Assembly: GCA_900617105.1 (NCBI GenBank)
Contig: UYFQ01000120.1
Span: forward strand, 1 to 33,962
Reading direction: 5' to 3'
DNA: 33,962 bases
Source: Hydrurus foetidus
Taxonomy: Eukaryota
How positions within the stretch are numbered: the first letter of the stretch is position 1; the number at the start of each line of letters is the position of its first letter. The position numbers and the translations under genes were made by a program. Below, in pieces: positions 21,908 through 33,962 of this stretch. Below the pieces are notes generated by a model. That model saw only the letters and a list, made by a program, of their open reading frames with translations. It made no database searches and had not been told where the DNA came from.

Positions 21908-23464
21908 ATGCCGCCGAAGAAATTCGATGATCCTTAATCAGATGCACCAGGAGGGTGTATCCTGCAAATAGGAAAGCATAACAACATCGTAATGTGGAAG
22001 GAGGAACTCGAGAATGAGGTTACCGGACTATACGGCAAGATGGGGATGTTCTTCACCACCGACGAGCGGTACATCATTCCGTTTCCAACGGAAGAGAACT
22101 ACAATCCAGCTGACATCGCACCTGTGCCAGCGTTGGTAGAGGACGAGGACGATCCGGATGGAAACGAGGCTGCAGCTGAAATGCATGCTGAGGCAGTGGC
22201 CGCACATGCAGTTGCAGTTGCACAATTACCGGTCGTATCTGCGGCCGCACTCGCAAAGTTTAGAGATGCAGCTCTAGACCGACGCAGTAAAGAGATGTAC
22301 AATCAGTCTCTTAACGAGAAAAAGTCTCCTTGCTATGGGGTAGAATGTCTACGGCGTCACAGTCGGCGATTCGTCAGGACCCCGAGTTCGAAACTGCTCG
22401 TCTTAACTTAGATGCAGTCGCTCTATGGAAGCTAATCAAGGAAAGTCATCTAACACACATCTATGGTGAGGATGACTCCCTTAGGTCGTATAACATGTAT
22501 GAGCAGATATCAAGGTATAACAGCCTCAGACAGGGTGATCGTGAGGCGATAGCAGACTTTAAGACAAGGTTTGACAATCAGGTGAAAGCAAACGATGGGG
22601 TCGGAGTCGCACCTTTAGAAGAAAAGCTGAGAGCTATTGACTTCTTATGCAAACTCGACCCTAAACGTTATACACCGATGTTGACCAGCATGCGTAATAA
22701 CGCAGCACAAAACCTCGCGTCAAGTTACCCTGTGACATTAGCAAAAGCCTTTAGGGTCGCATCATCATGGACCAGCAACGGAAGTTCAGGCCCGAGTGGA
22801 TACGAGCAACACTCTGCTTTCCTAACCGATACTGTGTTCGTGACTAAAGCGAGAGATTCGGGAAAAGGAAAGGGTGATAAGACACCAGAGGAAGGAAAGG
22901 GCGGTAAGACACCAGATGAAAAGAAATCGAGAACGAGATCGACAGAGGGTATCACATGCTTCGTATGTGGAAAAGGTCACTTCGCCAAAGACTGTCCGAT
23001 TCGAAAACAGCCAGAGGCAGCACTCGTAGTCGCAGCCTCGCAGCGACTACGAGTAAGTGATGAAGACGACGGAGAATACAGTGATCAGGAAGCGATATAC
23101 CTGACAACGGATGAGAGAGTGCTCTTCTCCAGGAGTCATGTGCTCCTGGATAATCAAGGATCTGTGAATGTGTTCAATAATCCAGAGCTCCTCACGAACA
23201 TTCGAGATTCGGCTACGGGGATTCTACTTAGCGGCGTCCAGGCAGGTGCCACTGGAGTCAAGGTTACGAAAGTTGGGACATTCAATGAGCTAGGAGAAGT
23301 ATACTACAGCAAGCTGGCTAACGCGAATATCCTCTCATTTGCTGCAATGATCGACAGAGGAGCATTGATCAAATACGATGGGATTGCAGAGTGCTTTACA
23401 TTGAAGTGGCCATCAAGCAAAGGGACTTACATTTTCAAGAGACTTCCTATCGATGGGAGCGAAG
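21908..23464 (+). pseudogene. gag: copia-2 gag + protease, interrupted at 23465 by gypsy-2
   Basis: ATG 21908 with in-frame TAA at 21935, frameshift near 22328; LRQGDREAIADFKTRF, CFVCGKGHFAKDC knuckle, LLDNQGSVNVF...ANILSF protease. Confidence 0.9.
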
Positions 23465-23672
23465 TGTGATAGTACCGGGTCCAGGGTCCTGATCCTACCG
23501 GGTACCGACTCTACCGGATCCTACCAGGTACTACTACTGTACACTACAGTGAGGCTGTCGTGTCGTCAAGGCCATCTGCAGCGTCCACTCAGAAGTTAAC
23601 TAGCTTCTCGCATAGACACCTGTAACTAAGCCTACCTACTCTCGACTCCCTTTCCCCATTTGCCCGATCACA
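23465..23672 (+). repeat. 5' LTR of nested gypsy-2
   Basis: TGTGAT...ATCACA 6-bp inverted termini exactly where the copia ORF breaks; 208 bp; partner LTR absent. Confidence 0.8.
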
Positions 23673-23683
23673 ATAGATCTATT
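23672..23683 (+). promoter_or_regulatory. Perfect 12-bp palindrome AATAGATCTATT at the primer-binding-site position of gypsy-2
   Basis: Starts on the last A of the LTR, same register and length as in gypsy-1; no tRNA-type PBS. The function is inferred. Confidence 0.75.
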
Positions 23684-24248
23684 AGCCTCGGGAAATTTTC
23701 TACTGCCCCTAATTCCCCCTCTACTCGTCCAAACTTAAGCTAAAACTTCCAACACTGAGTACGATATACTCACGACATCTACGGAGTCGAAATTCTCGCT
23801 GAGCTACGCTCCAAGAACTTAGTTTAAGTTAGCGAAAGTTGGGCTTAGCCTCTTTCATCTTGGAACCCATTACTGGTGTCTCCAAAGTTCGTAGTTGGTT
23901 GAATTCGCGAAAGCCTTCACCACTCGACAACTTAAAACTCGTCGGGTTGCAATTTGAACGTTGGATTCATTGCTAGCGACACCAAATTAGTCTAAGGACT
24001 TCTTTTGGTCGGTGGGAATTGCTTCCTTCATCCTTTACGGACACCAAAATTTTTCTCCACTCAAAATTTGGCTTTTACGCCTAAGAGATTTTCTCAACAA
24101 GAGTTGGTTGAAACCAAGTTATTCGCTGTTACTTGCGTAAAGTACCCTCAAAGCTAACGAGGTGAAGCCCTCGCAAATTCTTTTTGACGAGGAGATTGCT
24201 TAGTCGCTTAGACTTTGACGGATTTATAACTTCCTATCGTCGTATAAC

Positions 24249-26700
24249 ATGACAGAAGAAGAGGCAACTTATCCTCGTTACGACGATGAGTGAAAACTCA
24301 TCGTAGATCCTCCAGTTGTTCCCACTGAGGAAGAGGAAGTGCCCGAAGAGGATGGGGGTATCTTAAATGCCACCCAAACCTCACAGTCTTCGGTGGCGCA
24401 GACTATTATGTTTCCCCAGACTATGCAGATGCAGCGAGAGATATTCGTCCTGAAAGGCGATTACATCACTCCCCAAGACGCTGAGGAGTTCTATGAGCAA
24501 TCTCAGCGTCTGCCTCAGTTGCGCATTAACGAATGCATGCAACGCCAAGCGATTGACTTGCTACACGTCAAGATTATGACAGACATAAATCATTTTTCAG
24601 AAATGACACAAGAACGAAGGTTCGAGTGGCAAACTGTACTTGATATTGATTATGTTGCAAAACTAATCATGCAATACTTTGGCTCGAATAAACAACGAGA
24701 CCATAGGGATCATACCCTAGCGGAACTTTTCGCTAAAGTACCATTCTATTACTCACTCAATTCCGATGAGGAAGAGTTGAGCATGTACATGGCGTACAAG
24801 GAACTCGTAACCAACTACGAGCGTACCCGACGTATCACTCCCAACCAACATGTGGAGTCGGTAACGCTTTTGGAAAAGCAACTCGCTCGTGGCAGTTGCA
24901 TCCAATCAGACTATTTTGAGTCTAAACGGGGCGACTCGATGTCACCTCACACGTGGGAGACTGCCATGATGCGCATCATCACGGTCGTTTCCGCAGCACG
25001 CGAGGCCATCCGAATGAGCAGGAGCTACGGCAACCCTGATCATATCTACTCGTTTCCGAGTACCGCAGTACCTCCTCCCCGCTCATCGAAGAAGAGGGGG
25101 AGTACACTTGCAACACGCGAGGCGGAACCACCTAGTGGCAAAGGCACCCTAGCGGTTCGTACCTCATTGGACGTACCCCTAGTGGCTGCTCGAGTCTGCC
25201 GCTCGTGTGGAAATCCTGCACGCATGCTTCCCGTATGCCCCGTGTTATACTACACTGACACTAATAACGATCACTCCATTAACTGGTCGGAGTCAGTTGT
25301 CGGTCGTGCATGGTTAGCTAACGGTGAAGCCATGTGGCAGGAGAGGTTAATCCTTCCCGGTTACGAAAACCGTCAAAGATACCACCCCGCTGGTTCTCCA
25401 CCCTTCTTGATGTTCACCAACAAGAAGTCCAAGAATAATCATGGGTCGGGTAACCAAAGTAACCCCAACCAAGGTAACCAAGGAAACCAAGGTAATAACC
25501 GAGGCAACCAAAGCCAAGGAAATCAAGGTAACCAAGGTAACCAGAATAACCAAGGTAACCAAGGTATCCAAGGAAATTTTAACCGCGGCAACCAAAACCA
25601 AGGTTCTGGTAACCAGAGTGCTGGTAGGGGTTACAAGGGGAAAATCCCCGTGGGGGAAAATACAACCCACCCCAGGGGGGACCCAACTCGTCTTCCGATT
25701 CAGCGGGACAAAACCAAGGTACAAATGATTATGATGTTGATACTACCGGATGTTACGTCGTTCATTTCCCATGTCGATACACTTCCAACGCTTATTCAAG
25801 ATGAATATTTGCATGACCCTTCCACTCTCCCTTCTAACCACTTGAACGTCACTGTTTCGGTGCAGGATAAGGACAAGGACAGCAGGACTAGCGTACGATG
25901 CATTGTGGGCAAGGCCGTCTTAGACACCGCCAACTATTCATATTTCTTTTCTAATGATTCAAAAACTAAATGCTATGCATCTCTGTTATGAGGCTCCTAA
26001 AGCCATAACTGTTTGCTCTGGTCTCAATGGCCATTGCTATATAAAAAACGAAATTATTAATTTGACTCTCCAATTTCATTCTTATGATGGCGAATGTCAC
26101 ACTGTCCCACTAACCTTGCGAGTTAATAGGAATACAGAGATTGAACTTTTGATAAGTCGCAAAACTGTAAATAAATATGATTTTATGTCATATGGTATCT
26201 CTCCTGAGCTCAGTGCGGAGAACAAAAAGATAAGGGATACTCGTTGGTGCGAGTTTGAAGAAAGGGAAGCGATAGCAAAGCTTGACCCGCTTCACTGGCA
26301 CAAATACACTAACATGTCACGGAACAATTTCAAGATCCAACCTATGCCGGAATCGGTCATACGTACACTCAACGCGGCGGCAGCAGCAGAGGGACGTAGT
26401 CTTAAACGACAATCTGACGTGTTTTTCGACATGCAGTACATGCATAGCGTCAACTTTCCTAACATACCTACGTTCTTTCAACCCAATCTCAATCAGGCGG
26501 CGCGTCAAGAGGTATCTATACCTTCCATACCGTCCCTGATCCCCTCGGCGGCGCTTTCTGGTCTCTCAGACGGCAATCCATCTGAAGACTATAGACGTGA
26601 CGGCACAATCCACCCAGCCGAGGGGGGAGTACTACGATCTAATCTAGGCTCCGGGGATCGTGCAGCGGGGGAAACCGAGCAAACCACCCAACCTCTGACG
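24249..26700 (+). pseudogene. gag: gypsy-2 gag-protease, degenerate
   Basis: ATG 24249, in-frame TGA at 24291, knuckle His lost (CRSCGNPARMLPVC), VLDTA protease motif followed by a frameshift, then ITVCSGLNGHCY matching gypsy-1 LTICSGLDNTCY. Confidence 0.85.
25449..25617 (+). repeat. Degenerate 9-bp tandem repeat (AACCAAGGT)n encoding an (NQG)n tract
   Basis: GNQSNPNQGNQGNQGNNRGNQSQGNQGNQGNQNNQGNQGIQGNFNRGNQNQGSGNQS. Confidence 0.9.
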
Positions 26701-26879
26701 ACAGACCCCCCCAACCCACGGTCAATATTTCACGGCGGCATCATTCCTCCAGTACCAGAGCCCGAGATAGAAGCAGCCTTAGTAACAGAATCAACCGCAG
26801 CGAAATCCGACGCGCACCTCGATGAAATTAACCACGTCCGCGATACAGTCAATCCTCGATATGCTGGAGAAGAAGAGAG

Positions 26880-28534
26880 ATAGCGGTGTGACAAGCGATA
26901 CGAGCAATGTGAGCGTTTGTCAGGCTCTACTCACAAATGGAGCTGAGGTGAAGCGAGTGATCGAGAAAAAACTCCAGCAAATGTTGGATAAGAGGGTATG
27001 GACACCAGTATAGCCATCCAAGCTGAGTAGCACCGAAGTCTCGTCGATCATACGGTCATCAATGTTCCTGAAGAGAAAGAACTTTCCGGATGGCAGATTT
27101 GAGAAGTACAAGGCACGGCTAGTTGCAGGCGGGGATCAGCAGGACAAAAACCTATATGACGACTTATCCAGTCCAACAGTATCAACGAGTTCTGTGTTCA
27201 CCATGCTCTCAATCAGTGCTTACGAGAATCGACATACTGCTGTAGTCGACATTGGGGGAGCATTCCTTAACGCCAACATGACGACAGGAGTCAACGTGTA
27301 CATGCGTTTGGACAAAACTATGATCGACATCCTCTCTACCCTTCATAAAACCTACAGGTCCTACACTGACAGCAAAGGTCGTATAGTGGTGCTAGTAAAG
27401 AAGGCCTTTTATGGATGTGTTGAGAGCGCCGCTCTCTGGTACGAGAATTTACACTCCACATTGAAGTCGCTAGGATACCCAAGAAATGAGAGGGATATCT
27501 GTGTGTTCAATAAACTGGGCGAAAAGGGGGTGCAGTGCACTGTCACGGTGCATGTCGATGATTTGTTGATCATGAGTAAAAGCAAGACTATGATCCACGA
27601 GCTCGCAGACGGACTCCGCACTAGGTATGGGGAGATTACCCTGAACCATGGACCTACCCCAAATTACCTCGGAATGGATTTAGATATATCAGTCACAGGT
27701 GAGGCACGGATAACCATGAGCGGGTACGTCGACGATGTGCTAACCACAGCGGGAATACTGGGTGTATCGAAAACACCAGCCACCGATTGATTGTTCACCG
27801 TGAGAGAGGATACCGAACTGGCACCAAAATCAGTCAGGCAGTGGTTCCACAAGATCGTGGCAATGCTACTGTATCTATCAAAGAGAGCGCGCCCCGATTG
27901 CCTTACTGCTGTGTCCTACCTCGCAACCAGGGTGACTAAGTGCGATACGGACGATGTCGGGAAGTTAGTCCGGTAAGTGCGGTACATACGGGGGACTAGA
28001 GAAATGGGGGGGTGTTGAGACCAGGCGAGATGGGGGTGCAAGTCAAACTATATGTCGACGCATCATATGTTGTTCACACTGATGGACGTTCACACACTGG
28101 AAGTTGTGTGGTTATAGGGGACGTCGGGTCAGTCCACTGTCGATCTACCAAGCAGCAGATAGTCACAAAGTCGAGCACGGAGGTGGAGCTAGTGGGGCTA
28201 TCCGACTCGGCCAACCAGGCGATCCACATCCAAGATTTTCTCTCCCTGCAAGGTTACAAGCTTGGTCCTATTGTGGTGTACCAAGACAACTTGTCGTGTA
28301 TGGCACTACTTGAGCGAGGGGGTTCTGGGGCAGAGCATACACGGCACATTTCCATCCGCCACTTTTCATAAGGAGCGAGTGGACAACAGCGAAATGTTGA
28401 TCAAGCACAAGGGGACGAAGAAGACATATGCGATTGCACTTACAAAGCCGCTTCAAGGTGCACAGTTCCAGTACGAGAGGGAGTGCCTCACCGGATGGCC
28501 GCACCAAGGAGCGATGCAGAAGATCTTAGCTTAG
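26880..28534 (+). pseudogene. pol: copia-2 RT + RNase H with several stops and frameshifts
   Basis: KYKARLVAGG, SPTV, DIGGAFLNA, KAFYGCVESAALWY, HVDD, RPD, YVDAS, KSSTEVE, DNLSC, LTKPLQG. Confidence 0.93.
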
Positions 28535-28598
28535 TCTGCACTGTAGTCATGTGCGTGTGTCATTGCCTGCGCACTAACTAGCATCCACCTTAGGGGTG

Positions 28599-28886
28599 TG
28601 TTGGATATTATGGAACTAGGAACTAGGGTATGATTCCAGTCAGTGCATGTATGAGTACTTACGGTGCGGTCAGCGGTGTAAGTGCGTATGGGTTAGTCAA
28701 AACCATACAAATTGTTTTAGATTAGAATTGTTCGAGTGTGTAATGCAAGCTTCGTGAACTGGCCAAGTAGGGATGGCTTAGTTGACAAGTGAATAGCAAT
28801 CAACAATTCTATTTTACGAGTCTTGGAGAGAATTGGTAACAGCTCGGACTACCAGCGCAACCTGGGTGTTACTCGGTTTTCCAACA
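28599..28886 (+). repeat. 3' LTR of copia-2 (288 bp)
   Basis: See 5' LTR; followed by TSD CAACC. Confidence 0.96.
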
Positions 28887-28999
28887 CAACCCTCCGCTGA
28901 AAGGACTGTCGGAATAACTAATGAGCTAAGTAACCGTATAAGTTATTGCGTATGTACATTTAATGACGTCTCGTACGTCGTGTGCTGTGTGGAGGTCGC

Positions 29000-29122
29000 T
29001 GTTGATCCAGTGGAAGCAACCTGAAGAACGTTCAGTAAACCGATGGACAAGTTTACGTTGCTTTAGATTAGCTTATGAAGATCAAGAGATCAGATTGATG
29101 CTTGTATGTACATACAAGAACA
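29000..29122 (-). repeat. Probable short 3' LTR of copia-3
   Basis: Minus strand PPT GAGAGGGTG then TGTTC...TCAACA; the far boundary is inferred from the inverted terminus only. Confidence 0.55.
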
Positions 29123-29229
29123 CACCCTCTCAATCTGTAATGTGCTAATGAATGAAGGACAAGCAACACGAAGTAATTTTGAACGTAATTATGCATGAGA
29201 AGCAAACTAATAAAATGGCTAGTTACATA

Positions 29230-31514
29230 TTAGACATTAGGAAACAATTTGCAATCGTGATTTCTTGCATTGTGACGAAGCATCCTCCACGCATATGAGC
29301 GACGAGCGTGAGAGCTTTGAAACTTTGTGTGAGATGTTGGCGGGACGCTGACGAGAAATGGCATAAGGTTGCGGTGAAGATGCACTGGTGGGGCCTTTGT
29401 GAAGAAGTCAGCCAAGTTATGCTCGCCTTGACGCCAAGTGACTTTGAATTGTTTTTGACGGACTCTATCTCGTATCCAATGGAACTGCATATCGATGGAT
29501 TTTGTTTTCCTGGGTGTGACAGTATCAGAGGCGAGTCCAACAGTGCACATGTTGTCACACAGAATGTCGGTTGTAGGTTGGGAGTAGCCGAGACTATCGA
29601 GAATATCTCGGAGAGAGGCCCCCTCTTTTGCATTCATAAATACTGCTGCATACTCTACTTCAGCAACTGATGAGATGATGACAGGAATGATAGAACTGAG
29701 AGTCAGACAGGGATCATTGATAGTTGTTGGTTGATTGTTGTTACCAAGGTGGAAAATGCCACCTGCGACGGAGCGTGCCTTTGGGCGGGAAAGGTATGAA
29801 GCGTCGGATTGTATAAGAAGTCGCATATCGCAGGCTGTGAAAACAATTGCGTTTTCGGGAAATCGGGCACAATACTGAAGAAGGCGATCCATAGCAGCAG
29901 CAACCATGACGGTAGGTTGAATTGTAGAGATGCGATGTGGTTGACTGCTGGGAGTATGGTAGCATCAACTCCTCTGGCATAGTGGAGCAGACAGCCGACT
30001 TGCTCCTGATGTCTTTTGATGGCTGATGGTGGTAAGACTGATGAGGTGTCGGAAGTAACGGTTTGTGTTGGAGCACCATATGATGGAGGAATGTAGACGG
30101 CGGGAGAGGCAGCACCGAGACAAAGATGTGGAGCGAATCGCTCTAACACTTTGCTGATGTAGCCGGGCATAGTGAGGGAAACTTGGCGGGATGTGTTGTT
30201 GAAAATAATCATAAATCCGATGCATGTGGACCTGGTCCAGTTGATGGTGATAACGTAGAGCAGTTGTAGGGTGCGAATATGATGATCAGCGCCAGCCTGA
30301 TTCGAATATATTATTCCAAAGTCATCAACAACAAAAGTGAAAGCAGTGCCGTTGGAGGTGTGCCGAAACAGGCCGGAGGCGGATGTTTCATGATAGCCAT
30401 GGTTGGCGAAATGGGCCATTAAGCGTTGTTGTGCTAATAGTCCGGCTTGGAGAAGGCCATACATACCTTTATTGACTTAAAATAGAATCGCGTTTTGATG
30501 GACATACGGTTTGAGACAGCGGGTAGCGATAGTAGTGTTGGGTATCATACGACATGGAATCCGGATGAATTCAGGACGAAGTAGGGGAGTGTTGAGCTAA
30601 TAATCTTTGTTATCGATTGTCATCCACTTTTTATGCTCAGAGACGAAGGAGTGCAGCAAAAGCTTGAGGACTGGCATGGCAGCTGTTTGCGCTGATGTAG
30701 GGCCGTTGTAGTTGATTTTATCGCCTCCAGCTGTACCGCGAATGCGATAGGTAGTGGAGTCGGTAGAGTCAATTTTTTGTTTTGTTTGCGGATTGACATA
30801 GGTAGTATCCCGACGACGATCGGTTGGCTGGTCGCACTGTAGGATAGGTTCTATCGTATGTGACGTGAGCAGGCAATCAAACTCTTCTGCCTCGGCTTGT
30901 AGCCACCCTGCAGCATCAGATCCGGCTTTTGCTTTAAAGTATGTTAGAGGGCTTCCATCTGCAGCCAAATTAAGTGCAGTGTGGGCGCGCCGACGCGCAG
31001 TATGCTGTCGAGTTGCTGGCGAGGCGGTGGTTTTGGTATTGTAGGTGGCTGTTGGGATGGTTGGAGAGGAATATTGGGGAGAGCGTCGATGGTGGAGATC
31101 TCAGACATCGATTGAGGGGAGGGCACACTATCCGTATCAGGCACCCTCTGTTCCGTGGGGGACGTGTGTGCAAGTGGGTGATATAATGCTGCTGGTAAAG
31201 TTATATTGGTCGAAATTGGTGCCAAAGGGATGTGCACCCTCTGTTCGGTGGCATCAGAATTGTCATTGACTGCATCGATTGGTAAGATAGGGTCTGAAGT
31301 AGGATTGTATAAAGCTGCGATATCGAGGAGCTGTTTGGTGATAGTTGGAATGTTGCTGAGCTGACGCCGGTGATGGAAAGCGGGGTGAGTGCTTGTGGTA
31401 GTTTGGAGGGCGGTGGTATGGCCTGAAGCGGGGCCTAGGACGGAGGACGGAGGTTTCGCTGGTTTGAGCGCGAAGGCGTGGGACAAGAGAAGACGTCGTT
31501 AGGAGAGTTAACGT
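29230..31514 (-). pseudogene. pol: copia-3 RT + RNase H remnant (a different copia lineage, resembling diatom CoDi-type)
   Basis: YRIRGTAGGD, MYGLLQAGLLA, VVDDFGI, SDASYLS...ARSVAGG, SVAEVEY, KSIDMQFHWIRDR, NLADFFTK; multiple frameshifts; cut at 31515 by gypsy-3. Confidence 0.9.
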
Positions 31515-31681
31515 TGTGATTATAGGTTACAGTTAAAGGATAGGTGATGTACTGTCTCCTAGCAGGGTGGGAGATCTATCTGGAACTAAGACCTAAAACT
31601 GGAATCTGGGCGTATTGTACCTATTGTACCTAGTTAACTTAGACACATTGTATCCACTAGAGATGCAATAAGGCAATAATA
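31515..31681 (-). repeat. 3' LTR of gypsy-3
   Basis: Minus strand PPT GGAAGAATGGGTAG (ends GGGTAG as in gypsy-1), then TATTATT...ATCACA; the first dinucleotide is TA instead of TG. Confidence 0.7.
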
Positions 31682-31900
31682 CTACCCATTCTTCCTTTTT
31701 TGAAAATTACAGGATACGCATATTAACAAAAAAAGTACAAGTATATGAAAGATATATTATAAAACGATTATGTCAGACTTTTACTGACTAAACTCTCCAA
31801 AAAACGAAGGTTAAAAAAATAGGAGAGAATCCTCATGGATAAAGTTTCAAGGATATATGTATATCAACGGTGTTGTTTATTGATTAATTTTGTCATATTA

Positions 31901-33962
31901 TTATGACAAATAATCATGGAGTTTATCAACATCACGAAGACTTGAGTAAGGTTCCCAAGTGTTTTTGTCAGAAGGGTAATTTAACCACTTGACTAAAAAC
32001 TCTATATGGGTACGTTGATGTTTGCCACGATGATCAAGAATATCTTCAACAAAGTATTCCATGTGATCACGTCGTGCAACATCTAACGGATTTGTGATCG
32101 ATGGGTCAAATAGAAAAGGTTTCATGTAGAAACATTCTGATGTTTTCTGAGTGACTAGATCATATAAGGTGTAACGCGAATTTTCGCCACTAACGACTTT
32201 TAATGGACCTCTCCAATGCGTATGAAGACGTGAAGGAGGGGATCCATCGCGATAGTGCACTAAGACATAAGAGTCTTTTGGATACTCTACATGCTGAAAG
32301 ATTTGAGACTGACTTTGATGAAGCAAATCTGTGCGAAGAAGCTCTTTAGCCGAAGCTTTAAGAAGGCTATCTTGCGTTTTGAGTAGATTGCTCATACGCT
32401 TTGACAAAGGTTTGTCATCAGTAACATTTCGCTCAGCAGGAGGTAAAAAGATACCTCTATCGAGTTTCAGTACATTTCCGAAAAGAAGTTGAGAAGATGA
32501 TATCTTCAAACGATCACTGTGGTTAGAATTTAAAATTCGTTGCACAAATGGAAGTGATGTTTTATAATCTTCTAGTGTGACATTATCGAATGTTAATGCA
32601 CGAAGATGTCTATTAACTTCTTTATTCATGCGCTCAACAATAGCATTTTCTTCTTTAGAATATGCTAAAGTAAGACAATGTTGAGTGCCAATAAGAGTTA
32701 GAAACTCTTTAATAACTTCGGAAATGAAGTGTGGCCCATTATCAGAACGGAGTTGGAGAGGTGCGCCGAAACGACCGAAATGTTGCAAGAGGCATTTAGC
32801 TGTTGAAAGTGCCGTAGCATCTTCTGTATGAAACAGTTCAACCCATCTTGTGAACGTATCGATAATTACGAGTACGTACCCGCCGTCTGGAAACGGTCCT
32901 ATGAAGTCTATGTTAAGGCATTCCATAGGTGTGTAAGTAGAAGTCGAGAAGCCATGAGCATGTATTGGTATCTTTAACATACTCATCTTCTGACAACACG
33001 AACAGTGATCTATGAACCACCTGACATGCTGTCGCATATATTGCCAAATTTTTTTGTCTTTGAGACGCTTTAGAGTGCGCTCAAGACCGAAATGCCCAAC
33101 TTGTGAGTTGTGTACTTTACTGATAGTATTGTACTGCTCACGTGTTAGTTTAAATTTCTCAATAATATTAGCAGACATGATTGCATCAGGAGTATATTCC
33201 TGAGGGAAGTCAACCATGTTATTGCGACAGAGTCTAGACATCGAATCGGCTATATCATTGTTAGGTCCAGGTATGTATTCAATCGGATAAGGCCATAAAC
33301 CACCGAACAATCATTGGATTTGAATTATCCTTTATGTATAACAAGTTACGATGATCTGTACGTAATGTAAACGTACGATCACGTAATAGCGATTTTAAAT
33401 ACGTGCACGAATAAAAGATAGCATATGATTCTTTCTGTATTACAGCCCAACGAAGCTGTGCTTTGCTGAGTGATTTACTGACAAATGCTATGGGCATTTC
33501 TCGACCGTCAACTAACTGAAAATGATAGGCACCTACACCATAGTCCGATGCATTTTGAAATCTCAGATTTGATCAAATTGAATGCTCTGAGAGCTTCTAT
33601 TGTCCAAGTTATTTTCTTATACTTATTGTAGTTAAGAAGCAACTGATGTAACGGGTATACAACAGTAGAAGCGTTTCCAACAAAGTCGTGAAAATAATTA
33701 ACCATTCCTAAAAAACTTTTAAGTTGTTTAGATAGTACTGGTTTAGGAAAATCTAAGACAGTCCGTATTTTTTCTTGTGACATTCTAAGTCATCAGCAGA
33801 TAGAACTTTGCCAACATAGTCTATTTCGGCATAGCCTAGATAACACTTATTCGGTTTAAGGAATATTTTGTGTTTTCTAAATCGATCAAACACAAGACGA
33901 AGTCTAGTAATAAGTTCGTCAATGTCTTTACCGAAAACATTGCAAACATCGATGTACATTTC
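31901..33962 (-). pseudogene. pol: gypsy-3 pol (RT end, RNase H, integrase, chromodomain), degenerate, continues beyond the window
   Basis: YIDV (mutated YIDD), SFLGMVNYF, TDHRNL, ADSMSR, HHCC, IDFIGPF, SDNGPHF, ENAIVERMN, WRGP, VEDILDHR...FLVKWLNYP...TWEP; RNase H N-terminus partly deleted. Confidence 0.93.

Larger units (their letters stand above)
23465..26700 (+). mobile_element. 3'-truncated gypsy-2 (LTR, leader, gag, protease); right boundary approximate
   Basis: Gag shares motifs with gypsy-1 (SDYF, TWE, YG, CRSCG...CPVL..TD.N...W..S..G..W); no gypsy RT, IN or second LTR follows. Confidence 0.85.
21367..28886 (+). mobile_element. Ty1/copia element (copia-2), internally rearranged, no integrase
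   Basis: LTRs 21367-21877 and 28599-28886, TGTTGG...CCAACA; exact 5-bp TSD CAACC (21362-21366, 28887-28891); PPT TTAGGGGTG. Confidence 0.96.

Noticed and set aside
25347..25728. Repetitive ORFs (VTKVTK / LVTLVT) overlapping gag
   Set aside because: Alternative-frame shadows of the 9-bp NQG repeat

Overview
Eukaryotic nuclear DNA with spliceosomal GT-AG introns; no prokaryotic features. A stramenopile/protist origin is a weak inference from the copia lineages. From left to right: (1) the 3' end of a Ty1/copia element (copia-1, 1-2170); (2) a full-length chromodomain Ty3/gypsy element on the minus strand with identical 196-bp LTRs (gypsy-1, 3249-10366); (3) a compact host-gene island (LSm5, 2OG-Fe(II) oxygenase, Sfi1-like repeat protein, small hypothetical, Sds3-like, METTL24-like methyltransferase; 10526-18225); (4) a nested TE cluster: a decayed PIF/Harbinger element (about 18407-21300), copia-2 (21367-28886, CAACC TSD) carrying a TTA-flanked MITE in its 5' LTR and a truncated gypsy-2, then decayed copia-3 interrupted by gypsy-3. 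The most striking observation is that both gypsy elements with a visible 5' LTR lack a tRNA primer-binding site. Each instead has a perfect 12-bp palindrome of different sequence that starts exactly on the terminal A of the LTR, suggesting tRNA-independent, RNA-dimer-based priming. The same clade also shows long AUG-free leaders and a conserved structured 3' UTR motif. All assignments come from reading the sequence; no database searches were run.
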